A stretch of 64,000 nucleotides of DNA from the NCBI RefSeq assembly GCF_963676685.1, contig NC_092346.1, forward strand, positions 21,080,001 to 21,144,000, in the 5' to 3' direction. Below are positions 52,068-64,000 of the stretch, piece by piece; within the stretch, counting starts at the first letter, position 1; each line of letters opens with the position of its first letter. Under the pieces are notes generated by a model. It ran no database searches. It worked only from the letters and a program-made list of their open reading frames with translations, and was not told the DNA's origin. The position numbers and the translations under genes were made by a program. Source of the DNA: Mytilus edulis (lineage: Eukaryota).

Positions 52068-55000
52068 TCAACGCCTACGTCCTCTCCTCCTTCGACCACC
52101 ACCAGAGGCATGCACTCTATTTTGTTGTTGTCGGACAAATCTACCACACTCAGCTTTACAACTCGGACAAGTGTGAACCACGTCCTTTGCCATATTCATA
52201 AAGAAAGCCAACCAGCAGCATAAGATAAGTCTACAAAAAATAAGTTAAAAAAGGTTAGAAGAAGAATTTAACAAAATGAAACAAGAATCAATTCTTTATT
52301 GAGTAACTTTGGTCTTCATTTTCTTACTCTTTTTTCTCTGTCGTGTTCTAACGTTTAAATAGATTGTCGAGTGTTTTACAAATACAGTCAACGCATCGTA
52401 GGTATATAATGTCAATGAATAAAAATGCGATATGAGGAATACTACAATTGGACAAAAACATAAAAAAAAAGACATCTAGCTATAAACGCATCTGTTTTGT
52501 ATATGCAGGTTTTCTTTTTGTATTTTGTGTGTTTGTGTGTTTGATGAGAGGATCGAATGACAGATGGATAGATTAAACACTTTTGAACCTGACATGAAAA
52601 CTGTGAAACAATCCCATTTAGAAAAGTTACGACAGAATTAATAACACAATAATTTAGTAAAAAAAACAAATATGACAGACATGAACCAATGACAACCACT
52701 GAACTAAATGCTCCTGACTTGGGACGGGCATTTATAGAATGTGACAGGGTTTAACAGGTTTGAAGGCACCAAATCTCCTTTACATTGGACAATAAAGTAA
52801 CAATAACAAATATAAGAACAAACTATAACAATCAGTGTAAACGAGTTTAAACTCATAAACCAGAAAAAAAAACATAAAAAAATACACAGACCGGACGTGT
52901 TACGGTATTTATACATCTCTCTCAACAAAAAAAAGACACAAAGTACAGATAAGTCAAATAAGTTAACTAATAAAAATCATATATCTGACACTAAAATATC
53001 AATCACTACACATCCAACATCCAATGGGTATCATGTAAAGACGCCATTAACAGTCGGAGAAAAATATTACCTTCTGCAAAGTAAAGATATAGGTGTTGAC
53101 AGATTGTAGAACCGGGAATGTGGTTATATTTATATGTCTTTTAAAACTGATTATACGGTATGGGTTTTACTCATTCTTGAAACATTGAAATACAATTGCT
53201 TAAATCTACGTCATTAGGACTTTGGTGGGTAGAAACTGGTGTCTCAATGTCAAGCATTAATTCTTCATCTCCTTATCATAGTTTTGTATTGAGTTAATTA
53301 TTTTTAGCTTGTGTTTAATTTTATGTTAAAATTTTCATTTTATATTTATATCTCAAATTTAATCACCAATTTTTTAACAATTGCTAAACAATGCTGTTTC
53401 GCATTAAACAAGCGTGTGTTTTAATCTGTTTTTGTGTTTGCAGTTTTCGTTTTGACCTCCAATGCTAAGACTGAAGTCGGTGTGCAATAAATTTGGTGCG
53501 CTTCATTTATTAAACATTTGCAAGCTACAAAAATTATGCTGTAGTCCGGCATTTTCAACACATATGTAATTATTTCAAGCTTGTAAATTATAACGTTTTG
53601 ATAACGTAAATGTTGTTATAAACTTGATAATGAGTATCACTTTTTTATAGATTGTAAACTAAACTCTACTTAAATCGATCTTTTGGATACAAACCAAAAA
53701 CATATTGTATAGCTTAAACAACTTCTAAATCCTGAGTTTGATTTTTTTTTGCCAAAAGTTGGTAATTTCTTAAAGCAATCATCTTTAGAGTTGCAAAAAT
53801 GATGTTCATTAAAAGTTACATTTTATGAATATGTTGTTTTAGTGTTTGTTTTTGTAATCGTTGATTTTTGTGTATGTTTGACCCAAATGGGTGTATTGAT
53901 TTGTAAATGAAGATCAACTATGTTATAAACTCTTTCACTGATATTTTTTTTTACTGCTCAGGGAGGGCGATCCACCGATCTTCTGCTTGCATTTACTTTA
54001 GTTAGCCGATTACATACTATCAAATACGATATTTACAAAGACTGTGTAATTAAGTAAACAGTACACGAACCTTCTATATGAGGTTAAAAAAGCTTACTTT
54101 CACAGGTTTTGGCTAATCGTTATTGTATTTGATTCTTACCCACTTAAAAAGAACAGAATACAGCAGAGATAGGTACAACTACCGACGATGTATGTAGTTT
54201 CTGTTGTTACTTCTTGGTTGCATGACGGACATTTCATGCGAACCGGATGTTCATTTCTAGCTGGATTATTGGGATCTAACATTTGAGCCATATTAGCAAC
54301 CAATGCCGCATGAGCTGGGTCGACTTGCATGGTTATAGTCTGGTTATTCACCGTTAAAGTTTGCATCGGCATCTGTCCATGCATTGGTTGTCCCATTACT
54401 GGAGGAGGATAAGCTGGAGGAGGATAACTTGCAGGTCCAGGGGGAGGATAACTTGCTTGGGGTCCTGGTTGCATTGATGGTCCAAAGGCTGATCCATACT
54501 GTGACGGATCTGCAAATATTCATTATTATAAATATGAATTACACTACTATAAAAGGATAAAGAAATGGTACTCATAGGCATTTTACATTTACTTGTTTAT
54601 AATCCTTTTAAATACTTCAATCAGTAGTTGATTTTTTTTAACAATATGATCGATTAAAATAATAAACATGGAAGTACATTTTTATTTGATAATCAACATT
54701 ATAAAAATGAAGTGTAGTGTATCAAGTTGTCAATATCTGGATCTATTATTGATTGAATTTCTAAACTATAGTAAGCCTAAGGTAGCAAAATATATATCAT
54801 AGTCAGCTTACAGGACATTGGGTTTAATTACAAGTATTTGCAAATCGTAAAACTCTACAGCTATTAAATACCCTGTTCTGGTTAGATAGAAGTTATGATA
54901 CAATCATTTAGGGCATCAAGTATTAATTCTGTCCAGCACAGAGCTACCAGGTTATATATGACTGTTGTCAAACATTTCCCCAATAGATGCAGATGTGGGT

Positions 55001-55962
55001 TGGAGACCTCCAAGTGGCAAGCAGTAAACTTGTAGTTTAGACTTAATTATAGAATATTCAAGTCTTGTCGAAAAATAGTATTGAGAAATTGCATGGTGTT
55101 ATAGAATGAAGACAATTAAAGTGTGAAATTAAATAATGCACAAATAGAAATATTGCCACAAAATGTTGGTAGAAAGTTACGCACGTATTTTTACTTTTTT
55201 ATACAAAAAATTACCTCATTATAAACGATTTGCCAAAGTAGCTACATGGAAGGCGTTATGAAAATAAAGAAGTTAATGAAAAAGTATGATTTTTTTGTAA
55301 AGAAAGAGGACAAAAAAAAACATGATCTAATATGTTATACTAGTATGTATTGGCCAGTAACCACACACACACAATTAACAAAACAACGAGTCTGCACCGA
55401 CTCCGACAAATGCATGGGGACAAACTCTTGCAACGAATGGCTACTGTAGATATATAATTGTTGGAGGGCTCAGAATACTAACTCCAACTTGCCATATCGA
55501 AATGATAAAACAGTTTTTATAACAAAAGAATAATTTAAAATCATAATAGACTTGACAAATAATTCTCTAAAATGAGTGACAAATTCAATTTACGGATTAT
55601 AGAAAAATTAGCACATATATATAACTAATAATTAAATATTTGTATACATTGAACTTAACTTGAAGACTTATGTATCGAAGCAAAAAGATACAATAATACA
55701 ATTTACATGTAAGATGGGAGTAAATGTTATTCTAAGCATTTGCGGATTCAATAGGGGTGGGGGTTACGTTTTTTTTTCAGTCAAAAACAAACATATTAGA
55801 TTAACTAGATCTTCCAAAAAGTATAAAGTACTAACATTCACACAATGTAAATGTGTAAGAAAAATATACACGCATAAACACATTTAAACAGGTATTTAAA
55901 ATAAGATATTAAGAGACGTTGTTTACAAACATACCTGAATATCCGGCGGGAAAGGCAGACAT
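52068..55962 (-). CDS. LITAF: LITAF-domain protein, paralogue B (186 aa, 3 coding exons; proline-rich N-terminus, Arg-rich tail)
   Basis: Exons 55962-55935, 54509-54140 and 52230-52068 (phases 1 and 2) give MSAFPAGYSDPSQYG...YPPPGPASYPPPAYPPP...CPSC...LCCILFFLSGLILCCWLAFF...DVVHTCPSC...GGRRRRGRRR-stop. The symbol denotes the family only. Confidence 0.9.
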
Positions 55963-56017
55963 CTTAAATAAATCACACTTGCTTTAATGGCCTGATTGCG
56001 TTTCTTCCATTTCTGGC

Positions 56018-56023
56018 TATATA
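56018..56023 (-). promoter_or_regulatory. Candidate TATA box of LITAF paralogue B
   Basis: TATATA ~56 nt upstream of the ATG at 55962. Confidence 0.4.
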
Positions 56024-56537
56024 CAGTATAATGACCTATATAGAAAGTTGACGGCATGGTTACAAATTAACATTACAGATTTTGACCTATATTTTGTATT
56101 TCAAAATGACTACTATATTTAAATGTCTACGAAAGGTTAATGTAAAGATTAACAGAATTTTTTTATAAGGTTTTTAAATTGATATTAATCAATATTGATG
56201 TTCGGGATCGCTTGGTCTAAATCGAACCACAGTCATGACCTATTTGTTCGATCCATTTAATAAATTTCAAAATACAACAAATGACGTCAGAGTTGACCAT
56301 CGTCATTCCATATCCACATTATATTACGATCATATCACTATCTAACAAACACAGAAACATATATGTTGCTTTCTAAATGGCAGAACTTTAGGAATTAAAA
56401 TTTACCGTAAACAATGAAATAAAATCTTAAGACGGTGACATACTATTATAAAGATTAGCAGAAAACATTCCGTGATGTATGTTTAAATTATTTTCCGTAA
56501 TAAAATTTAAATTGTTTGGTAGTTTGATTTTGTACGT

Positions 56538-56823
56538 TACCGTCGTGTAACATAATGTCCGACTGTTTCTCCCAACTGTTTATAATACCGTCGTGTAACA
56601 TAATGTCCGACTGTTTCTTCCAACTGTTTATAATACCGTCGTGTAACATAATGTCCGACTGTTTCTTCCAACTGTTTATAATACCGTCGTGTAACATAAT
56701 ATCTGACTGTTTCTTCCAACTGTTTATAATACCGTCGTGTAACATAATGTCTGACTGTTTCTTCCAACTGTTTATAATACCGTCGTGTAACATAATGTCC
56801 GACTGTTTCTTCCAACTGTTTAT
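56538..56823. repeat. 48-bp minisatellite, ~6 copies
   Basis: Unit TACCGTCGTGTAACATAATGTCCGACTGTTTCTTCCAACTGTTTATAA. Confidence 0.95.
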
Positions 56824-56831
56824 AGAATGGG

Positions 56832-58387
56832 TTCTTCTTCTTCTTCTTCCAGGTAAGGAACCGGATTCATTGCTGAATGTTAATGGTTCCGCGCGAAAAC
56901 TTTACGCAGTGTCGGGCAACACAGAAAGATTTCTCTTGGCTATTTACAAATTACATTTAAAACGTTCGCAAAAAAATATACAATTAAAATTATTTACAAC
57001 TGGTTTTCCTACTTCCTTTCAGAGCATGCCTTCAGGGCAGCTCTGAATCCCTCAACGGTGTTGGTCGCTGTAACTGTTGTTGGTAGGTTGTTCCAGTCCC
57101 TGATTGTCCTCGGGAAGAAAGATTGGCCATAGGTGTCTGTACTTGTTCTTTCTTGGAAGAAGCGGTTTTTACCTCTGGTCCGGTTATCATTCGGGGTCAA
57201 ATATTGGTGACGGTCTATATCTATAAGTTCATGCTGGATCTTGAATAGCATGCACAATCTATTTGTTTTCCTCCGTTCTTCGAGGCTTTCCCACTTTAGA
57301 TTTTTAACCATATTTGTGACACAGCCAGGTGTTCGGTCTGTGTAGTTGTTATTCACAAATCGTGCTGCTCTTTTCTGCACCTGTTCAATTGCCTTGATTT
57401 TATTTTGGGCGGTTGGGTCCCATACTGTGCTTGCATATTCCACTGCAGGTCTTACCATGGACACATATGCAGCTGCTTTTACAGGTTTTGTACAGCCTTT
57501 GAGGTTTCTACGTATAAACCCCAACGTTCTGTTTCCCTTGCCTACTGTATTGTCTATGTGTTTATCCCATGTTAGGTTGTTGCTGATGGTTACTCCAAGA
57601 TATTTACTTGCTTCCTCTGTGTCTAGAGTATGACCGTGAAGATGGTACGATGTTTGTATCACTGGTCTATTTTTGGGGGATATTCTAATGACAAGGCATT
57701 TTTTGGCATTAAAACTCATCTGCCATTTGTTTTCCCAGTCTTCCAATGCTGTTAAGTCCTTTTGTAGAAGTTCACTGTCAGCTTGGTTGGTGATGGTACG
57801 AAAGAGAAGGCTGTCATCCGCGAACAATTTGGTCTCTGATGTAGATGCTGTTTCTGGCATGTCATTAATGTAGGCCAGGAACAGTAATGGACCAAGGACT
57901 GTGCCTTGGGGTACACCAGAGAGTACTGGTACTTGTGAAGAGACGGCACCCTCTAATATCACGCTCTGTTTTCTGTTATGTAGGAAGGAGCGAATCCATT
58001 TATTGGTTTTGGGGTTGACGCCGTAGTATTCCAACTTGTGTAGGAGGCGGTGATGTGGTACCTTGTCAAATGCTTTTGCAAAGTCAAGCAGGATGATGTC
58101 TACTTGGCCGCTACTTTTTAATTTCGATGCAATGTCGTTGATGGTTACGATTAGTTGGGATTCGCATGATCGTCTTTTGCGGAATCCGTGTTGTGCATCA
58201 GTTAGTATTTTATTTTTGTCAAAGTGGTCCATGATGTTGCTATGTACAATATGTTCTAAGACCTTACATGTGATGGAAGTTAGAGATACTGGTCTGTAGT
58301 TAGATGCTAGGTGCCTTTCGTCTTTTTTAAAAAGTGGAACTACATTGGCATCTCTCCAATCTTGCGGGACTTCACCAGTGTTCAATG
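56832..58387 (-). mobile_element. 5'-truncated CR1-like LINE with an intact reverse transcriptase domain and (GAA)n 3' tail
   Basis: ORF 58385-57009: NYRPVSLTS, QHGFRKRRSC, LDFAKAFDKV, GVPQGTVLGPLLF, LFADD, KYLGV, SFFPRTIRDWNNLP; GAA repeats at 56849-56832; no endonuclease domain in the retained part. Confidence 0.93.
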
Positions 58388-58504
58388 ATGTTTGATATAT
58401 TTGTTCTCTGTGTTTCTAGAGAGAAAGCAAAAGCCGAACCATACCTTATATATGAGCTAACAGGAAACTTTGTTGGGTTATTATTTGGCGTTACCAAAAG
58501 CAGA

Positions 58505-58645
58505 TCAACAGTGGTCACTCTTTCTGAAATAGGTGGAATCCCTCTGCATTTTGATATTGCAAAGTATATGATCAGATACTGGCACAAGCTTGAAAATGTG
58601 GGATAATCTTTTCCCCTTCTTTAGGCGGCATATTTAGATTCAGCT
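58505..58645 (+). mobile_element. Short decayed LINE fragment
   Basis: TLSEIGGIPLHFDIAKYMIRYWHKL resembles the ELG-x-P region of the elements at 40870 and 43518. Confidence 0.45.
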
Positions 58646-58985
58646 CTGTAACTATAACCTTTTCAAGACAAATTTTGGTCTTGAAAGAGATCTTATTTCA
58701 TTGAGACCCAACCCCCCTTGAGCGGAGGAGAAGTTTTACTCGATTGAGAATTTCCTCACATAAACCTGAATTTGCACAAGGTAGATATCATGGTTTTTTC
58801 TCGACACTGAAAACAAACTATGTCATATGCCTCAAACGAAATTGATGATGATTTTTTTCAACACATGTACATCTTTTACTCGGGGCCGAAACTGCACGTA
58901 CTCATGAACAACTCACTGTGTCCTAACTTCTGATTCCTAGCCCAAAACTAACCTCTTGGCTACTTAATGTAGAGAACATTGATAT

Positions 58986-59465
58986 TTATAGATTATCGTA
59001 GTTGAGATGACCAATGATAATCTGTTTATCGCTATTTTTATTTTACCAATGACGACGTTGTCAATTTAAAATTAGCCACGTGCGTCCTTAATTTCTAGCG
59101 ATAATTTTCACTCTCAAGCGAGAAGCATATGAAAAATTATCACAAAAAAAAAGATCAAAGGAAAAATGCACTAAATAGCGATAAATATAATTATCGCTAT
59201 TTTGTGCATTTTTCCTTTGATCATTTTTTGTGATAATTTTTCATATCATGCTACTCGCTTGAGATGGAAAATTATCGCTAGAAACTAAGCAGACACGTGG
59301 CGTTGCTAGCGAAATTGACATGTGAAATTGACAACGTCGTCATAGGTAAAATAGCGATAAATAGATTATCATTGATCATCTCAACTCGATTGCCTTTCTC
59401 GCTTTCGCCGTCCCGGCTCAAGTGAGAAAATCAATCTCGTTGAGATGATCAACGATAATCTATAA
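58986..59465. repeat. Long compound palindrome (~190-bp arms, plus an overlapping second hairpin)
   Basis: ~58997-59184 is the inverted complement of ~59191-59386 around a 6-nt spacer; GATTATC.TTGATCATCTCAAC (~59364) pairs again with GTTGAGATGATCAACGATAATC (~59439-59460). Confidence 0.8.
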
Positions 59466-59624
59466 ATATATGTTTGTGATCTGATTAATGAAGGCAAAAT
59501 ATGAATCAGCTTCTTTGCATCAGAAACGAGGGTTGCATGGTGGTTACCTAGACTCACCAATGATATAATGTACTGTCATGTATTTATTTTATCATTGACA
59601 ATCAGAACCATTCCAATTTATTTA

Positions 59625-59953
59625 AGAATTGAATGCTCTTTTTTGTAAATTTATTGGGTTGTAAAAGCGTTGACCATGCGCACATTTTTAGTATGAAGCG
59701 CTTCCTACAAAGTTACAAAAAAAAAGCATTCAATACTTAATATAATTACATTTTTACCTATAGGATCATGAAAACACGCCTTTTATCAAGTTTTTATTTC
59801 ATTTACCTGTGCACTTTATTGTGGGACCTCGTGTCATCATGAATGAAAAGTTGCATTGTGTAATGCAATTGATTAAGGAATATCACGAGATTGCTAGTTA
59901 GCCAATCAGAATATAACGTATTATAATGAAACATACATCTAATGTAATTATAT
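59625..59953 (-). mobile_element. Copy 3 of the hairpin-ended repeat, with part of one hairpin arm deleted
   Basis: Matches 49135-49503 but jumps from GAAGCGCTTC to CTACAAAGTTAC. Confidence 0.6.
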
Positions 59954-60130
59954 AACATTTAAGTTTTTATCTATTTCGTAATATTAAAACCTTGTCTTGT
60001 CATTTAGCATCGCCGGGTCATCTTACAATATATACCTTCTGCATCAGGCACGAGGATGGGAAACCTGGTTTGTTCATCTGCTCATAATATCATAACCAAA
60101 TTACATATTTATATCCGCGTATACCATGTT

Positions 60131-61962
60131 CACCGTGTAGAACGCCACATGCGGGGTGTCGGCTATGTTTGACATGGGGTGGCAATTTTGAAGCGACGAA
60201 AAAGTAATAAGGTAAGTTCAAGCATCAAAATTTCTTATTTTTAGAACTCTCAGTACCATATAATGTATTGCACGGAAGGAACCGCAACATAATCTATTTC
60301 CTGAAAGCAGAAGCAGTTGTTTTCAATGCTCAGTTTTCTCAAACACCTCGCCCTAGTTTTCCGTGTTGCCGATTTTGAGGCTTTATTTGCAAATGTGGGT
60401 ATAAAAAACTACTTTACACAGCTACCCTCCGTATCATTTAGATAGGCTTGTAGTCCTCTTATTGACTTATACCAAATACCAGTTTCTTAGTTAAAATTAA
60501 TTGGTTTTAAAACTGTTATTCATCAAAATATAAAGTGTCGCTCGGGGTGTCAGATTTTGCGTCGCAAGGGGTAGAGGCTTGTCATAAAAAAATACATATT
60601 TGCATGTAAATTAGTCTTCATATGATACATTTTATTTCAAACACATCTACTTTACCATGACAAAACAAGGATTTTTCATTTTGCCTGTTTTTGGTCTTAT
60701 AAAATATATGCTTTTGATTTCATTCACATCTACTTTACCATGACAAAATAAGGGTTTTTCATTTTGCCTGTTTTTGGTCTTATAAAACATGTGCTTTTGA
60801 TTTCATTCATAGTAAAAAATTGCCCAAAATATTTAGTTTTCAAGCTGGTAAACGATTTCTTTTCCTTTTCAGTCACTATCATGGTAAAAAAAAGTCAAGG
60901 CTATGGCTCAATAAACCAAAACATCACAAAATAGTCTTCAATATAAGATATCTTCGAAGCCTCCACCAGCCAAAATGCATCATGATAGTTCATCACCAGG
61001 TTCATCTAAAAAGCACTCGTGTACGCCGCAAAAATCCATCACTCTTAAAAGAATTAGAACACTCTCTTCAATGAAACACTCACCGGCATCTTTTTCAGCG
61101 AATGACAACACAACTTCATGTAATCCTGAAGACGATGATACTACAATTGTCAATGAGAAAACAACGAATATACAACGGAACAGGTTTACAAGAAAAAATG
61201 ATTTAAGACAGTTATTTCGTTCAGCCCAGCTAGAACTATCCGTTTTACGTCCATTTGTCAATATTTTTGTATTTCAAAGGTGTAATATAAAACAAACAAC
61301 ATTTCACTTCTATTCATATCCAATTATTTTTCTACTTTGAGGCTTTATTTGCTATGTTTATCAATAAAAATGCACATTACTTAAAAGACTAAATATGAAC
61401 CAAATGACATACCTTAAGTTTGTAATTTGTCATCAAAACAGTGTAGGTGTGTTTGAATTAAAAAGTATCAGATAGAGATCGATTTATAAGAAAATGTATT
61501 CTTTTTTATGACAAGCCTCTTCCCCTTGCGACGCAAAATCTGACACCCCGAGCGACACTTTATATTTTGATGAATAACAGTTTTAAAACCAATTAATTTT
61601 AACTAAGAAACTGGTATATGGTATAAGTCAATGAGAGGAATACAATTCTATATAAATGATACGGAGGGTAGCAGTGTAAAGTAGTTCTTTATACCGAAAT
61701 TTGCATATAAAGCCTCAAAATCTGCAACACGGAAAACTAGGGCGAGGTGTTTGAGAAAACTGAGCACTGAAAACGACTGCTTCTGCTTTCAGGAAATAGA
61801 TTATGTTGCGGTTCCTTCCGTGCAATACATTATATGGTACTGAGAGTTCTAAAAATAAGAAATGTTGATGCTTGAACTTACCTTGTTACTTTTTCGTCGC
61901 TTCAAAATTGACACCCCATGTCAAACATAGCCGACACCCCGCATGTGGCGTTCTACACGGTG
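60131..61962. mobile_element. Non-autonomous foldback DNA transposon, Transib-like (CAC termini, 5-bp TSD, ~465-bp TIRs)
   Basis: Starts CACCGTGTAGAACGCC and ends GGCGTTCTACACGGTG; ATGTT duplicated at 60126-60130 and 61963-61967; arms ~60131-60597 and ~61494-61962; internal ~82-bp tandem duplication at ~60643-60808. Confidence 0.8.
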
Positions 61963-62371
61963 ATGTTCATCTTCCACCTTGCCATCCCTTGGTGGCTTTT
62001 GCAGTTAACTGTCAAACGTACATTTTTAAACATTGCATGAGTGTAGTTTATGATGTTCAAACTACTTTTTCCTTTCTTTATACTACTAGACTGTCTAGTA
62101 CACATCTATCGATTGTTGTTCCTTTTTTTTTTTTTTATTGTTTTTTAAATATAATGTCTCCTTTTGAACACACAAAAATGGGCGAGAGGTCGAAGTTGTT
62201 CAACTACTGTATCACTAGTATATCAATACTGAGGATATGATCATTTCGAACACCCTCGTGGCAGGAATTTATGACAGGTGTGCTCATGTGCAAGGATTGT
62301 CAGTTTTGTTTATCGAATGTCGTTTGTTGTCTCCGTGCATTCCGGCTTCTTCCACAAATATATTATACAAA

Positions 62372-62540
62372 TATAGCCTTTGTATGAGGTCGATACATAG
62401 AGAATAATACATGGCAAAATCCGTATCATATGTCGTATCATCCCGAGACATCAATATCAGCCCAAGGGCCTTTAGGCCCGAGGGATGATATTGGTCGAGG
62501 GTGATACGGCATGTAATACGGATTTTGCCATGTATTATAC
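62372..62540. repeat. Hairpin-forming repeat with an inverted relative at ~63282-63398
   Basis: AATACATGGCAAAATCCGTAT...ATACGGATTTTGCCATGTATT hairpin; TATAGCCTTTGTATGAGGTC at 62372 is inverted at ~63378-63397. Confidence 0.55.
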
Positions 62541-62665
62541 ACTTTATCATATATTTCAACAGAAGAGTATTATATTATATGAACTGTTTTCTGATCCATA
62601 GCACTGGGCTACCTTCAGTTCTACTTTTGTCTTGTTTCAAAGGCCTTAAAATAACTTCTCAATTA

Positions 62666-62964
62666 GGCAGCAACCATTTGATTTTCTGGGGGGGGGGGGG
62701 GGGGGGGGGGCTATGGTTTTTTTTTTCTGGACAAATTTTTTTTTTTCGCCTCCGGCAAAAAACAATCTATTTTTTTCGCGACAAGTCGAAAACAATTTTT
62801 TTCTTTCAATTTTAGCATTACATATAGTGGCAGCTGAGGGTGAAACAAACAATTTTTTTTTCTCAGAATCAAAAACAAATTATTTTTTTCTCCAAAAACT
62901 GGAAACAAACTTTTTTTTCCAAAAAAAACCATAGCCCCCACCAGAAAATCAAATGGTTGCTGCC
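62666..62964. mobile_element. Tourist/PIF-Harbinger-type MITE
   Basis: TIR GGCAGCAACCATTTGATTTTCTGG / CCAGAAAATCAAATGGTTGCTGCC with TTA TSD (62663-62665, 62965-62967). Confidence 0.8.
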
Positions 62965-64000
62965 TTACTTATCCGAAGCACCTGGGTTACCTTGCGTGCT
63001 GTTGTTTTAAAAATATTTTGTTTATTATTGTATTAATTTGTGTGTTTTGTATTTATCATAGTTGCCAAAAAATATGAAAACTTGACGTTCGTGACGTCAC
63101 ATACAATATGAAAACTCGACGTTCGTGACGTCACATACCAAACAATTAATGACGTCATTCAAAAAATTTACCTATTTTGAGGAAAATTTTTCTTAAGCAA
63201 AAAAAAACCAAAACTGACTTTATGTAAAAAAAAAAAGTAGGGGTGTGATAAAGGGTATGCGATAAAGGGTGCGCATCAAAGTTTTGCCATGTATTATTCT
63301 CTATATATTGACATGAAAGAAGTATATTGACTAAGGACGAAGTCGATATACTTCTTTGGGTCGATATATCCTGTATTGACCTCATACAAAGGCTATAGTT
63401 GTTATATTATTAATTTCCGACCATGTTTGTATCAAAATCGTCACTGATTTAGGTTTGTTGGAACTTTATAGATATTACATTGTCTCCTTGACAATAACAA
63501 CATATTAGTTGTTATTTCATTTACTTTTTTTTTGGACATCTTATGTATTTGAAGATTCATTTGTTTCAAAACGTTCAACAATATCCTGAAATTCATTACA
63601 TGACGCCACAAAGTATATCGGTTTTTAGATATTCTAAAAATAACCGTGCAATAGGCTTTTTGCCGGTCAATATGCTTTTTGCTATCCGCCGTTTTCTCTC
63701 TACCTTCGAAAATATAGTTTAACATGTGACTATCCCTAAACGAATCAAATTTGTTAAAATATACAAATTAATAATATTAACTTTTATAAATGGCAACGAT
63801 AATGAATGAAAAGAAAAACCAAAATACTTTCTTGTTTTTAATGCACAATGATAATGTGAAAGTTTTAATAAAATCGATGGTTTAAAATAGATAATCTTAT
63901 CATAGGTTTCAAATAACGGGGAGATATTGATATCAGTTCCTTATCCCTTTTGAAAGTATGGAAAAGTCCAAGTTTTACGAAAAATAAAATAGGAAGTATG

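Noticed and set aside
56488-57046. Repetitive ORFs (MLHDGIINSWKKQSDI)n etc., or a CRISPR-like array
   Set aside because: These are translations of a 48-bp minisatellite that is open in several frames. There are no unique spacers and no cas genes, and the DNA is eukaryotic.
57346-58299. Plus-strand ORFs overlapping the RT
   Set aside because: Antisense shadows of the CR1 reverse transcriptase.
60820-61340. RAG1/Transib transposase ORF inside the foldback element
   Set aside because: The ORFs are short and low-complexity with no DDE or zinc motifs; at most an unrecognisable relic.
62501-62941. Phe-, Lys- or Gly-rich ORFs
   Set aside because: They derive from homopolymer runs within the Harbinger-type MITE.

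Overview
AT-rich eukaryotic genomic DNA with GT-AG introns. The repeat families resemble those of a bivalve mollusc, probably Mytilus (inference). The main feature is a 19-coding-exon minus-strand gene (CDS 21384->5575) that the ORF track shows only as fragments. Spliced by hand it gives a 693-aa secreted polyprotein: a signal peptide followed by nine ~74-aa modules. Each module is encoded by a 185-nt exon plus a 37-46-nt linker exon, begins at a (K/E)R|FLKD processing site, and is an 11-mer-periodic amphipathic helix. The array is still expanding: a near-identical ~1.96-kb tandem duplication has created a chimeric exon. The window also holds two tandem LITAF-domain paralogues (minus strand, same intron phases) and a small MGNC-start RING (C3HC3D) gene. 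Mobile DNA includes a ~354-bp retrozyme array with three hammerhead ribozymes inside a LITAF intron, an Academ-type transposon relic inserted in another retrozyme copy, a 1.83-kb foldback element with CACCGTG termini and a 5-bp TSD (Transib-like), LINE fragments, MITEs, hairpin repeats and minisatellites. All gene models were derived by eye; no database searches were run.
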